A stretch of 64,000 nucleotides of DNA from Hemiscyllium ocellatum (GCF_020745735.1 NC_083426.1:12524001-12588000); one strand, 5' to 3'; shown: positions 33,740 to 47,014, counted from the first letter of the stretch. Numbers and translations are program-made. The notes: a model not told the origin generated them from the letters alone.

Positions 33740-35110
33740 GTCATAGAATGACAGAGATGTACAGCAAGGAAACAGACCCTTCAAACCAACCCGTCTATGC
33801 CAACCAGGTATCCCAACCCAATCTAGTCCCACCTGCCAGCTCCCAGCCCATATCCCTCCAAACCATTACTATTCATATACCCATATAGATGCCTTTTAAC
33901 TGTTGGAATTGTACCAGCCTCCACCACTTCCTCTGGCAGCTCATTCCACACAGCTACAACCCTCTGCATGAAAACATTGCCACTTAGGTCACTTTATATC
34001 ATTGCCTTCTCACCCTAAACTATGCCCACTACTTCTAGACTCCCCCACCCCAATGAAGAGACTTTGTCCATTTATCCAATCCATGCCTCTCATGATTTTA
34101 CAGACCTCGATAAGGTCAGCCCTCAGCCTCCAATGCTCCAGGGAAAACAGCCCCCGCCTTTTTAAACTCTCCTGATAGCTCAAATACTCCAACCCTGACA
34201 ACATCCTTGTAGATCTTTTCTGAACCCTTTCAGGTTTCACAACATCCTTCTGATAGGAAGGAGACCAGAATTGCACACAATATCCCAACAGTGGCCTAAC
34301 CATTGTCCTGTACAGTTGCAACATGACCTCCCAACTCCTGTACTCAATACTCTGACCAATGAATCTGCACTCAATGGTCTCTTGTTCACGGAGTGTATAA
34401 GTCCTGCTAAGATTTGCTTTCCCAAAATGCATCACCTCATATTTATCTAAATTAAACCCCACCTGCCACTTCTCAGCACATTGGCCCATCTGATCAAGAT
34501 CCCGAAGTAATCTGAGGAAAACTTCTTCGCTATCCACTACACCTCCAATTTTGGTATCATCTGCAAACTTACTAACCTTAGGCTCATACCCAAATCATTT
34601 GTATCAATGATAAAAAGTAGTGGACCACGTACTGATCCTTGTGGCACTCCACTGGTCACAGGCCTCCAAAACAAACTTCCACTACCAGCTTCTGTCTTCT
34701 ACCTTTGAGCCAGTTGTGTTTAGTTCTCCCTGAATTCCATGAGATCTAACCTTGCTAACCAGTCTCTATGGGAAATCTTGTCAAATATACAAGTCCATTT
34801 AGATCACATCCACAGCTCTGCCCTCATCAATCCTCTTTGTTACTACTTCAAAAAGCTCAATCAAGTTTGTGAGACATGATTGAATATGCACAAAGCCATG
34901 TTGACGATCCCTGATCAGTCCTTGCCTTTCCAAATACATGTACATTCTGTCCTTCAGGATTTCCTCCAAAAACTTGCCCACTACCAATGTCAGGCTCTCT
35001 GGTCTGTAGTTCCCTGGCTTGTCCTTTACCACTTTTCTTAAAGAGTGGCACCACATTCGCCAACCTCCAGTCTGCCAGCACTTCACCTGTGATCGTTGAT
35101 GATACAAGTA
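33740..35110 (-). mobile_element. CR1 ORF2 3' half
   Basis: ORFs 34010-34537 and 34799-35212 (GNYRPESLTLVVGK...SCLTNLIELF). Confidence 0.9.
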
Positions 35111-35119
35111 TCTCAGCAA

Positions 35120-35443
35120 GTCCACCAGTTTCCTCATTTCCCCTCCCCCCACCTTACCCCAGTTCCAACCCTCCAGCTCAGCACCATCCGCAATACGTGC
35201 CCCACCTGCCAATCTCCCTTCCCACCTGTCCGCTCCACCCTCTTCTCTGACCTATCACCTCCATCCCCATCCCCATTCACCTATTGTAATATTTGCTACC
35301 TTCTCCCCAGCCCCACCCCTCCATTTATCTTTCCACCCCGGAGGATTTCTGCCTCTATTCCTGATGAAGGGCTTTTGCCTGAACGTCGATTTTCCTGCTC
35401 CTCGGATGCTGCCTGACCAGCTGTGCTTTTCCTGCACTACTCT
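35120..35443 (+). mobile_element. Penelope-derived element with pyrimidine-rich body and decayed hammerhead
   Basis: attc-CTGATGA-AGGGC-TTTT-GCCT-GAA-CGTC-gatt at about 35367-35402; same family as 8204-8567. Confidence 0.65.
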
Positions 35444-35444
35444 A

Positions 35445-36770
35445 ACCAAAATTACAGATCTGAGTCTGACATCAGTGGTGGGTAAGTTGTTGAAGGGGAT
35501 TTTGAGCGTTCCGATTTACAGGCATTTAGAGAGGCAAGAACTGATTCGGGATAGCATGTGGGAAATCGTGCGTTCTAAACTTGATTGAGTTTTTTTGAGA
35601 ATGTAGCCAAAAATGTTGCGAGAGCAGAGCAGTAGATGTTGTCCATATGGACTTTAGGAACAAGGTTCCACATGGTAGACTGAGTCATAAAGTTAGATCA
35701 CATGGAATTCAGGGTGAGCTTGCCAATTGAATCAAAATTAGCTTGATGGCAGGAGACAGAGCGTGGTGGAGGGTCATTTGTTTGGATTGGAGGCCTGTGA
35801 TCAGTGGTGTTCTGCAGGGATCAGTGTAATTTATGCAAATAATTTGAATGAGAAATTAGAAGACATGGTTAGTAAGTTCACGGATGGCACCAAAATTGGT
35901 GGTATTGTTGACAGTGACAAAAGTTATTTACGATTGCAAAGGGATCTTGATCAATTGATCCTATGGACTGAGGATTGGCAGATGGAGTTGTATTTGGATC
36001 AATGTGAGGTATAGCCTTTTGGTAAAACAAACAAGGACAGGACTAATACAATGAAAAGTAGGGCCCTGGGTAATGCTGTCGAACAGAGAGACCCAGGGGA
36101 TCTTTAAAATGTTCACCAGAGATAGACAGGGTGGTTCAGAAGGTACTTAGCATGTTTACAATCATTTCTCAGACCACTGAGTGTCGGAGTTGGAACCTCA
36201 CGCTGCACCTGTACAGAATAATGGTGAGGCCACTTTTGGATTACTGTGCACAGTTTGAATCAACCTGCTTCAGGAAGATTATTATTAAATTGAAGATTTA
36301 CTAAGATTCACCGAAGATTTCCTAAGATGTTGCTGTGACTGGAGGGTTTGAGTGATAGGGATAGGCTGGGACGTTTTCCCCTGGAGCGGAGGAGGTTGGG
36401 AGGTGACTTTATCGAGGTTTATAAAATCATGAGGGATCTAGATAAGGTGTTTAGCAAAGGTTGTTTTCACGAGGCTGGCAGAGTTTAAAGTGAGGGGTCA
36501 TGTTTTCACAGTGAGAGGAGAAAGATGTAAAATGAACCTGAGAGGCAACATTCTCACTCAGAGAGTGGCTCATATGTGGAATGAGCTGCCAGAGCACATG
36601 GGAGATGATGGGTCAGTTGCAACATTAAAAACACATTTGGATCAATACATAAATAGGAAAGACTTGGAGGGAACGCGCCAAATGCAAACAAGTGGGACTG
36701 GTTTGTTTTGAGAAACGTGTTCATCGCGGATGTATTAAACTGCAGGGACTATTTCTGTGCCACATGAGTC
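35445..36770 (+). mobile_element. Old CR1 ORF2 3' half
   Basis: Degenerate RT (SKFTDGTKIGG) and 3' tail; shares private deletions with 48130-48820. Confidence 0.85.
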
Positions 36771-36901
36771 TATGACAGTGAATGGAATAATGAAGGGAAA
36801 AGTGTTGGTGGTTTCTAGCTTTTCAAATACAGTCAGTTTTCTAATAAATGTTTATTTCCCAAAAAGGAAAGTTTCCTGAACTTCAGTTTTAATCACAACC
36901 A

Positions 36902-37132
36902 AATGTCTCATGCTCTGGGGGTTTAGTCACAGTCTCCTGTGAGTCTGCCCGAGGATTCCTCCCCATTCACTACACATGGTCTGAGAAGACCCCATCTCAA
37001 GATTCAATGATCTCTGACACCAATAAACTGGAGCTACATTGTCAATCCTTCACACAGCAACATCATCAATATTACTGCACAGCCTCAAATACTCAGGGAA
37101 CAAAACCCAGTGAAATTGTTCATGTCTCAGTT
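36902..37132 (+). pseudogene. Truncated C2 exon fragment with no acceptor or donor
   Basis: NVSCSGGLVTVSCESARGFLPIHYTWSEK...QYYCTASNTQGTKPSEIVHVSV; open frame but both ends missing. Confidence 0.85.
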
Positions 37133-37231
37133 CCCAGTTATCTGTTGTTCAAGTCAGTAATAAAGTAAATTGTAATTTAATTTTCCCACATAACTCACTG
37201 AGCTGTGCTGCTTTACTTTGCTACAATATAC

Positions 37232-38121
37232 CAATGTCCTGTACAGCCGCAACATGACATCCCAACTCCTGTACTCAATACTCTGACCAATAAAGTAAAG
37301 CATACCAAATGCCTTCTTCACTATCCTATCAACCTGCGACTTCACATTCAAGGGGCTGTGAACCTGCACTCCAAGGTCTCTTTGTTCAGCAACACTCCCT
37401 AGGACCTTACCATTAAGTGTATAAGTCCTGCTAAGATTTGCTTTCCCAAAATGCAGCACCTCGCATTTATCTGAATTAAACTCCATCTGCCACTTCTCAG
37501 CCCATTGGCCCATCTGGTCTAGATCCTGTTGTAATCTGTGGAAGCCTCTTCACTGTCCACACCTCCAATTCCACTGTCGGAGTATTGCGTGCAATTCTGG
37601 TCTCCTTTCTATCGGAAAGATGTTGTGAAACTTGAAAGTGTTCAGATAGGATTTACAAAGATGTTGCCAGAGTTGGAGGATTTGAGCTATAGGGAGAGGT
37701 TGAACAGGCTGTGGCTGTATACCCTGGAGTGTCGGAGGCTGAGTGGTGACCTTATAGAGGTTTACAAAATTATGAGGGGCATGGAAAGGATAAATAGACA
37801 AAGTCTTTTCTCGGGGATCGGAGAGTCCAGAACTAGAGGGCATAGGTTTAGGGTGAGAGGGGAAAGATATAAAAGAGATCTCAGGGCCAACCTTTCCACA
37901 CAGAGGGTGTTAAGTATATGGAATGAGCTGCCAGAAGAAGTGGTGAAGACTGGTACAATTGCAGCATTTAAGAGGCATTTGGATGGGTATATGAATATGA
38001 AGGGTTTGGAGGGATATGGGCTGGGTGCTGGCAGGTGGGACTAGATAGGGTTGGGATATCTGGTCGGCAAGGACAGGTTGGACAGAAGGATCTGTTTCCA
38101 TGCTGTACATCTCTATGACTC
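37232..38121. mobile_element. CR1 insertion with inverted 5' part and TATAC target duplication
   Basis: 37232-37570 minus (…QWAEKWQMEF…LYRTLV); 37571-38121 plus (PLSEYCVQFWSP…tail); TATAC at 37227-31 and 38122-26. Confidence 0.8.
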
Positions 38122-38212
38122 TATACTGCAGTGTAAACAGAGGATAAATGTTTGAAACATCAAGCAGTCTTGTTTCCTTCAAATGATTTTGCATCTCTTC
38201 TGTTTTACACAG

Positions 38213-38303
38213 TTACGTTGTCTGGGATGTGATGCGCTGGGTACTCTTCACTCTCCTGGTGATTTGTTCTGTTTCAGTCACAATGTTTACACGAAAACAT
38301 TAG
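38213..38303 (+). CDS. Activating-type TM/terminal coding exon of the gene C locus
   Basis: ttttacacag|T TAC...CAT TAG|gtgagc; YVVWDVMRWVLFTLLVICSVSVTMFTRKH*; phase-2 start like the gene AB TM exon; Asp and Arg in the hydrophobic segment. Confidence 0.78.
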
Positions 38304-41300
38304 GTGAGCATCATGGCCTTTACAAGAATGATTTTGAGCACTCTAAGTTCCCCATCAATGAGGTGGCTCTGGGTGGAGGGGTTTCGAAGCAGGAGACACA
38401 GTTTGAGAAGAATGGGTTGACTATTTGGGACTGAGATGAGCAGGAATTTCTTCACTCAGAGAGTGATGGTTTGTTGGAATTCTCTGCCCCAGAGAGCTCT
38501 GGAAGCTCCAGCCTTGAGTATATTCAAAACAGAGATCGATAATGTTCTGGGTAATAAAGTTAGGGAGGGACGTGGGGTTAATGCAAGAAAACATGGTATT
38601 CAGGCAGAAGATCTGCTCTGAACCAGGTGAATGCTGCCGGAGCCTGGAGGGGCAGAATGGCCTACTTTGGTCCTGCCTCATCTCTTTCCATGATGACCTC
38701 ATGATGTTAAACGCTGTCATTGTACCAGCCTCCACCACTTCCTCTGGCAGATCATTTCATAAATGCACATCCTCTGCATGAAAACGTTAATCCTCAGGTA
38801 ATTTTGAAATAATTTCCTTCTCACCTTCAACCTCTGCTCTCTAGGTCTGGACACCCCCAGAGATGAAAAAGACCTTGGCTGTTCGCCCTGTCCATGCCCT
38901 CATTTAAATCTCACTGGATAACATAGTCATGTGTTCTAATCTGGAACAAAAACAATGTAAATGTTGTTGGGTAGAGAGACAAGAGAGCTAGTGTGTAAAT
39001 GTTTGATTGGACAAAACCTTGTTATCTGTTAAAATATTAAGATACATTTGTTGCTGTTCGAATGAATTGATCTGTTCAGCATTTATTGGTATGTACAGCT
39101 CCCATGCAGACATTAATAAACATTTAAACACAGAAACCTGAGTCTTGTCTGATATAAAGAGGAAACACAGCATTGAATCCCCCTTTCTGGGGCTCTCATA
39201 GAACATAGGAAGCGTCAGAGAACAACAGGAGGTGGGGTTATCCCAAGTCACTGTCACTTTGTCATTCACATGGGGAGGGTTAGGGCCAATAAGGTCTTTG
39301 AAAATTCTCACAGACATGAGCTCTGATGGGAAATTAGGGACATAATGGCTATAGAGGGAGAATGAACAGAAATGGTAAGGTGACAAAAGATCACTGGATC
39401 CACAGGGACAGCAACAATAAAGAGAGGAAGAAGGATCATTCTACACCACAGGTAGAGTCTGTTGTTAATTCACAGGAACGACCCACTCTGTGTCTGCAGG
39501 ATATGGAGCACCTTATCGAAACTACTAATAATTCTGAAGAATAATCAATGGACCCAAAACAGTAATTCTGCTTTCTCTCCACAGACATTGCCAGACCTGC
39601 TGTGTTTCTCCAGCAATTTCTGTTTTTGTCACAAAGACATTTCACCAATCCTGACCCAGTCGCTGCACAATAACTGTGTAAAATGACAGACACCCAATTA
39701 CAGTGTGGGGGTGGAGACAGTAATTCATATTTTGGGAGGGGGAGGAGAGCTGCATTAAAATTCTATGAATTTGAAACCTAGTCGTGGCAATTGCATCCAC
39801 CGTGCATCCACTGATTCAGTCCTACCACTGGCATCAACTTACACTTCAACAACAGGTCACTCATTCTCCAAAAATAAACATTACAGGTGAAGGCCTGAAG
39901 CAATTATTACCAACAATGTTGTTCACCCTCAGGGTCTTATTAACGACGTGAATGTAACCAGACAAGTACATTTTAAAGGGCCACTTGGGTTTGGTATTTC
40001 TGTAATGCACTGCATGGCAAACAGTGGAAGGCAGCAATCCTCAGTTACAATGGCCATACACTGAATTGTCAATCTGTGAGGAGATAGTCTGTAATGTGTA
40101 AGGCTCCTTGGTTGTGCCAATGACATTTGGATGAGGGTACACACATTGGACATCCCAATGGGGTTATGACAACATTTCCCCTGAATTTTCACACTCTCTC
40201 TTTCTCTCCCTCACACACAGGCACAAACATTTTCTCTGTCCCTCTCTCCTCCAACAACCCTTGCTACACACAAACACACCCACACAGAAGTCTATGAGGT
40301 GAACTCCATTTGCAAATTAGTATTTGCAGATACTTTCTATTTTGTTCAAAAACACACAATCTATATGTAGTCAGTCAATGTGACTTTTCCTAAATTCCTA
40401 CCCGCACAATAAAACCAGTCTGACTCCATGTAGGGACACACACTCTAACCTCATCCCTATAATACATTGTCTGAGCTGAGATGTCATTTCTTTATTTACT
40501 GATAAGTCCTTAAGATATACCGGGGCGGTGACGAGAGAAATTCTGGGATTTACATATTAATCAATTGAAATCTGCATCCCATTCTACATGACCACAGACT
40601 TCACAGCAATCTCGGTTTCTCTAATACATTGCATCCATTGTGTGACACTTTGATCTTTTACTGAAAAATCCTGTGCCCTATGTATCCTGCCCCACTGACT
40701 CCCTGACAAAGGAGTTGTGCTCTGAAAGCTTGTACTTTCAAATAAACCTGTTGGACTATAACCTGGTGTTGTGTGATTTTCAGCTTTGTCCATCCCAGTC
40801 CAACAGCACCCCTCCACATCCTGAATCTTCTTGCCAGTGGCTCATATCCAGCAGACAGTGAGTGCTGAGCCTGAGTCTGAATGACAGTTGTTCACCTCTC
40901 CAAGGAGACAGCTAGACATACGGCTCGGGATTGATAGTGATGGTTGATGCCTCCATCCCCATCGATCCAGTTTAAGGACTGTCTCTGACATACCGACCTG
41001 CTGTGATTGTGCTTGTCTCTGCATTTTCACAACTTCAATAAAATTACACCTGACAACTCTGAAGATTGAAGCCATTATCTTTATCCCACTGCAATCACCT
41101 TTCCTTAGCCACTGACTCCTCCATCTCCCTGTCCAACAGAGCTCTCATCCACGATATTGTTAGCTCCATACTGAATGATTCCAACATCATTCCAGCTGGC
41201 CTTGAATCTTCCACCATACATCAACTTATACTCATCTATATCTCTGCTCCACCTTTACATCTTTGAAGGTGCTATATAAATGCAACTTGCCATATTCGCA

Positions 41301-41644
41301 AACATACAAACAAGGCAAGGCGTTGAAAGAAATAAACGTGCTTCTCACCTCACTGCTTTTAGAAAGCTGCAAATCCACCTATCATTCTAAAACAATTTGA
41401 ACTTTTATCCCAAACATCGCAATCCAAATGAATTTCAATAGAATTGAATAATTTTAAAATTTTATCCAATGAAAATTTAAATCTGGTAAAATACTTTTCC
41501 TCCCAAAATTACTTTATTTCTAAAAATGTTTCTGCCTGCAGCATGCTGCGAGTGAATGGCTCATTGTAAAGGAAAACAAATTCAGTTTGGGCCCATTCCA
41601 TTAAAACCTCAAACAGGTTCCTGGTCAATGAGGAATGCAACTGG

Positions 41645-42128
41645 GAATTATAGAATCCCTACAGTGCAGAAAGAGGCCATTTGGCCCATCTGGTCTGCAC
41701 CATCCATCTGAAGAACATCCCACCAGACCCAGAACCCCACTCTGTTCCCATAGCATCACATTTCCCATGGCTAACCCACTGAGCCTGTACATCCCTGAAC
41801 ACAATGGACAATTTAGCATAACCACTCAACCGAACTTGCACATATTTAAAGTTAAAAATCACACAACATCAGGTTACAGCCCAACAGTTTAATCTGGAAG
41901 TGCACGCTTTCGGAGTGCTGCTCCTTTGTCAGGTAGATAGAGGAGTAGGATCACAGGATGCAGAATTTACAGCAAAAGATATTTAGACAGTGAGAGGAAA
42001 CTGTAGCACCTGGAGGAAACAAACGCAGACACAGGGACAACATGCAAACTGCACACAGTCACCCAAGGTTTGAACTGAACCCAGGTCACTGGGGCTGTGA
42101 GGCAGCAGTGCTAACCACTGAGACAGTG
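41645..42128 (-). mobile_element. HE1/V-SINE-like element (paralog of 28575-28925) interrupted by a Penelope-like terminus at about 41848-41980
   Basis: Same SINE at the orthologous position in both duplicated units; only this copy carries the aaaatcacacaac…ctcc insertion. Confidence 0.7.
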
Positions 42129-44201
42129 TGCTGCCCTTTTTTGAGAAGTTGAGGTGTAAAAAAACAAGTTTCCACACTTGTTGCATGGTTTGATGTTCAT
42201 TGTTGTTTGACACAAGAAGAAAAAAAGTGTGAATATTATCAAGGGGGATGTGTGATAGATACCCATGGATGTACAATGAGACTCAGTGTTAGTTACTTTT
42301 GGCTGCACATTGGAGAGAGAGCTACCCTGGAACAGCACTTACTGGAGGCTAATATTGTGGGCCCTGGTACATTTGAAGGACATTGTTGGATGTGGATTGA
42401 ACAAACAGTGAACTGATGTCCTGAGCAGGATGTCATATGTCATCTGAATATGTCTGCAGCCACGTTTGCACAGCCACTGATAGAAATGGTCAGTGGAGAG
42501 GCATTCAGAAAAGGCAGGGTGGGGGCCGTTTTCTTAGAGCCCACGTCAGTGTTAATGAACAGGATATTGTGGGTGGTGCACTCTGGGTCATTCATGGCTG
42601 TACTGAGAGTTTTCAGACCCAGCCCTTTGATCACAATCTCTGGGAAGGAAACCTCCTGGGACAGACTCATGTCCATGTTGTGGGTGGATCACTGCACCAT
42701 TCCAGAGCAAATGGGACATCCATCCAAATGGGGGAGGGGCTTTTGGCAGCTCCAGGTCCTGCAATTGTTTGTCTCAGAAGAACGGCCTTTTAAAAACTGC
42801 TGAGTGCCCATCTACCAGGATAAGGATTTTGAAATGAGTTTGAAGGAGTGTACTGTACCTTTAAGAGGGAGTGAAGGCTAACAAACACCTGCCATGTCAC
42901 AAAGTCTGCTGGAAAAATTAAAGTTGAAATGTTTTGGCTGTAACCTAGATACCTGATTTTTTTGTTCAGCAGTTTCGAATTTCACCAGTCTGTTTAAATT
43001 ATGCCCCAGGATACCAAAACCCAATCGAATTTGAATTTTCATGTTTGACAACATTGAACCAATGAGACAATGTGATGTTTTGGGGTATCAAAAGCAGGCA
43101 TTTTGGACAGGTAGCCAGAAAAAGAGCACCTTCTGCCATCAACAGACTGCTTTTCAAAACACTTTCTGAAAGGGGCCTTATTTTTCGTATGAAAAATCTG
43201 TGCAGTGGAAGACCAAAGATGACCAAAGAATATTTACAGACAGAGGAGGATCGACACTGCTCTCTGGATTTGAAAATTTAGTAGGGGCTTTATTGTATCA
43301 ATATATTGCTATCGATTGGGCGGTTTATAACAAACCTTTAAGAGAAAGGATGGTTAGAGTTGTAAATAATTGCTGTTTAATGTTCATTTTAGAGCTAAAT
43401 AATAAAATTGTCATTTGTTTTCTTTAAATAGTAGAGTTTGGGTCGTTCACCAGAGGGATCCTCACCTTGGAACTGAAGCTCACTCCCAGTTACTCCATCA
43501 CAGCTCACTTCCCCCTAAATTTTCTCTCCGTTATTGAGTTTGTTTATCTGCCTGAAATTGGCCCCATGGCTTGTTTACTTTTATTTCACTCATAATTAAT
43601 AATGCCACTCTAAAGTAATTGAGAACTATGTCGCATGGGATTATAATATGTTCAGGAGAAGATATGGCGGAAATGAAGCAGAGGGTGTCCTTCTCCTGTA
43701 CACCTCAGAGTTCAGATCCTAACACAATAATTATTCAGCATCAACAGGAGGCAGATTCTGAAAACAAACAAAATATTCTAAAAAATTCTATTTTAGCTCC
43801 ATGATTATTTTTTGCAAAACAAATCTATATTTGTCAAACACTGTTGAAATGTTCTAACATGAGAGAACGAGCCACTTGTCATTCAGCTGAGATTTCACTA
43901 TAACTACTGACCTTGGGTCAACCTGATCTTCACCACCGAATCCTTTAACTGTCTTGATTTCAGAATTTTCTATTCTTTCAGTGAAAAATAATTTAGTTCT
44001 TCTGTTAAACATAACTGATAGGAGAAAAAAATCTCCAGAATAAAATTTCAACCTCTGGCTCACTGTGGTTTCAGTCGCTGGCTTCCTTTATCCTCTTCCG
44101 TGTGTAACTTCTTGTAGACATTGCATTACACACTTATCACAATGTGAGAAACAAGAGCTGAGAGACTGATATCAATACTTGAACTGGTCTTTGTGAATAA
44201 A

Positions 44202-44241
44202 ATGATGTGGACTTTGATTCTCCTCATCTGTTCCATTCCCG
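44202..44241 (+). CDS. Gene D leader exon
   Basis: ATG ATG TGG ACT...CCC G|gtgaat; MMWTLILLICSIP. Confidence 0.85.
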
Positions 44242-44469
44242 GTGAATGACCATCTGAGTTATATATTCAGATAATCAATGTTTGATAAAGTTTATGGTCT
44301 GGTATTTCCAGTCAAGTTGTTTAAATATCTGGAAGTTTGTAAAGGACCAAAGGAAGATTGTATGAAACAGTGAGGAACATTGTTATTGTTGTGACAAATG
44401 CTCAGAGTTCAATTCACATTCCAGCACATTTTGCAAAGGAATGTGTATTCTGATAAAGCCAAACAGTTT

Positions 44470-44690
44470 CAAAGTTAGAAATCACATAGCACCAGGTTAT
44501 AATCCAGCATGTTTATTTGGAAGGACTGGCTTTCGGAGCGCTGCTCCTTTGGTAGATAGCAACCTGATGAAGGAACAGTGCTCCAAAAGCTAGTAATTCT
44601 AATGAAACCTTTTGGACTATAATCTGCTGTTGCATTATTTTTAACGTCACCCAACCGAGTCCAACACTGTCACCTCCTCAAATAAGGTTC
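44470..44690 (+). mobile_element. Penelope-like terminus (family 2) with inverted partial copy
   Basis: aac-CTGATGA-AGGAAC-AGT-GCTCC-AAAA-GCTA preceded by an inverted tttcggagcgctgctcc segment; absent from the gene C intron. Confidence 0.6.
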
Positions 44691-45494
44691 ACGATCAATC
44701 TACAAATCCTTCCAAAATGTCCATGGTAAGGAGCAGGACTGGGTAAGGTTCCAGGTCAGCCTTACACAATGCAGAGTGACACCCCTCACATTACAGCGAC
44801 TAGCTTCAGGTGAGTAACAAGCTGCAGAAAACAGACACAGCATGGACTTTGTCTGCCCCATGTGTCTCTAAATATGGAAGTCTTTGAGGTTTAAAGGAAC
44901 AAATTTAAAAATACCCGAACAACATCACAAAATGCCATATCTTCTCCTGAACATATTATAATCCCATGCGACATAGTTCTCGATTTCTTTAGGCATTATT
45001 AATTATCAGAGAAATAAAAAAGGACCAAAAAATATTTCTTTAAAGTGAAAAAAGCAGCATAATCCTTTTAATTTGCCCAAAGTTTTACATGTTCAGTACA
45101 TACTGAAAACTGGAGTGGGAACAAATTCTCAAAAAACACCATCTTAAATTTGCTTTTATTTCTTTTCTTTTTGAAGTGCAATTCATTAAATATTGTTTTG
45201 TGAGGTTCTGTCGCAAAAGAAGGTGGTTGGTTTATATTTCTCTTCACAGAAAAAACCTTCTTCCTTCCAGTCCAACATGAATCAAGTTGCTTAATCTCTT
45301 TCATTCTCTTTGATTTATACATTACAATGTAACACTGCAATAAACTTATTGTACATCATTACAATCTCTCCATTTAGGATCAAGAAATTTTGAAACACTA
45401 CGATAAAAATTCCCATTATCGCATTACTCTTGGCTACAAAACATTTAATTCAGATCCATGAAACGTTCCTGCAAGATGTTTTTTGCTTTCGCTA

Positions 45495-46064
45495 TGGAAA
45501 ATAAAGAGCATGAAGGCATGTGAAGGGTTAAACATGAGGACTGGTGGAATGTTACAAGGATCTGTGGAATACTCCATCAGTCGGGTATGGAACAATGGCA
45601 GTATCATTATGTTAGTTGGGCAGTATAATTAGGTTAGGTACCAACGGCAGCATAATCAGGTTAATCAAAGCACATGACATACAAGTGTTCGCATGATGTA
45701 ATAGGGTCAACCTGGGGCTGAAGACCATTGTCACAGATGTAATAGTAAATATCTAATCACTATATAGTAAAGTAAGAATAAGTTTGAAGTAGAAAAAAAC
45801 CATAGCGGCAGAAGTAGAGACATAACATGAACGAACATCATTGGTTTGTTGCATAACTGCAGAAAGATAACCCTGACTAACACAATTGGACATGCTGATA
45901 AACCTGAAGAAAGCATGATAACTAAGAGATATTAAAAATAACAGACCCCGAGGTGCAGGGGCAATCATGAATTCGCTTTCTGATTGTTCAGGCTTTTGTT
46001 TGCAAATAAAAGATCATCTGCTTGAAGAACTCACCACGTCTCCTGGTAATTCTCCACGGTATCA
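45495..46064. mobile_element. About 570-bp insertion relative to gene C, possibly a solo LTR
   Basis: Missing at the paralogous position (about 30990); TG…CA ends possible and AATAAA near 46005; no clear TSD. Confidence 0.3.
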
Positions 46065-47014
46065 CCCACCAACTTCATGCAGAATACCTCATGGACAGAA
46101 ACCTGAATTGTGCATCTCTCTGTTTGGTAATCCCCTTTCTTTTTAAAGCTTCCTGCTTCCAATGAGGTCTCTTTTTCCTCCCCTTCATCACATTTAAACA
46201 TTCATGTATCTTGCTCCCTGTCTCTTTTCTGAAAGTTATTAAAGTCGATCCAGTCATTAACAGGCTGCTCCTCTTCCACATCGGGACACAATATGGCAGC
46301 AATGTGAACATTTTCTCATGAAGCATCTCATCCAGAACAATCTGTAAACTATTTCTGTTATTTTATTATCCATACAATGACAACAATGTGTAATTACAAT
46401 TCATCCTGCCTTCACTGCCCTCCAGATCCTGCACATTGATCTCTCTCTCCCCTCATGAACCATCCTTTGCTGAGCTTCAATTCTCTTCCTTTCCCACTTG
46501 AGACCTCTCATCATCTTCCTGGATCACTTGTTGTATCACCCCCTTGAACTCTGAAAATTCAGCCCCTGATCCCACCATGAGTCCACACACACATCACCCC
46601 CCCCCACCCCTCTCCTTCCTGAATGAAAGCCTCCTTCTCCGGTTGGAGTAAGGACCCTTCAGCACCTGTGCCCTCCTTCACACTGATCCCCAGCCGACTC
46701 CAATCCAGGCCTATCACTCAGGCTGCTCTCCAGGGGGGCAACATTTCAATGATGTCACACACAGTGGAGTTAGAGCCCACAGCGGACAGCACAAACCCAA
46801 TTTCAAGATTGTCCCAAAGCACAACCGGGAGGTAAGAAAATATCCCGACTGTTTCAATCATTCCCTGGGAATATGGAACAGCCTGAGGCTCAGATAAGGG
46901 TTTAAATGAATGATTACCTTCATCATATACCGGATGGAATGTAGTTGCTTTAAATGCATCTGTGTTTATTAAACATTTATCTCCAGTTTAATTTCTGAAA
47001 TATTGTCTCCTCAG

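Noticed and set aside
38232-38303. MRWVLFTLLVICSVS read as a signal peptide
   Set aside because: It is the inner part of a longer hydrophobic exon with a strong upstream acceptor, lies downstream of the Ig exons, ends in a stop, and the ATG is ATA in the duplicate; a TM exon fits better.
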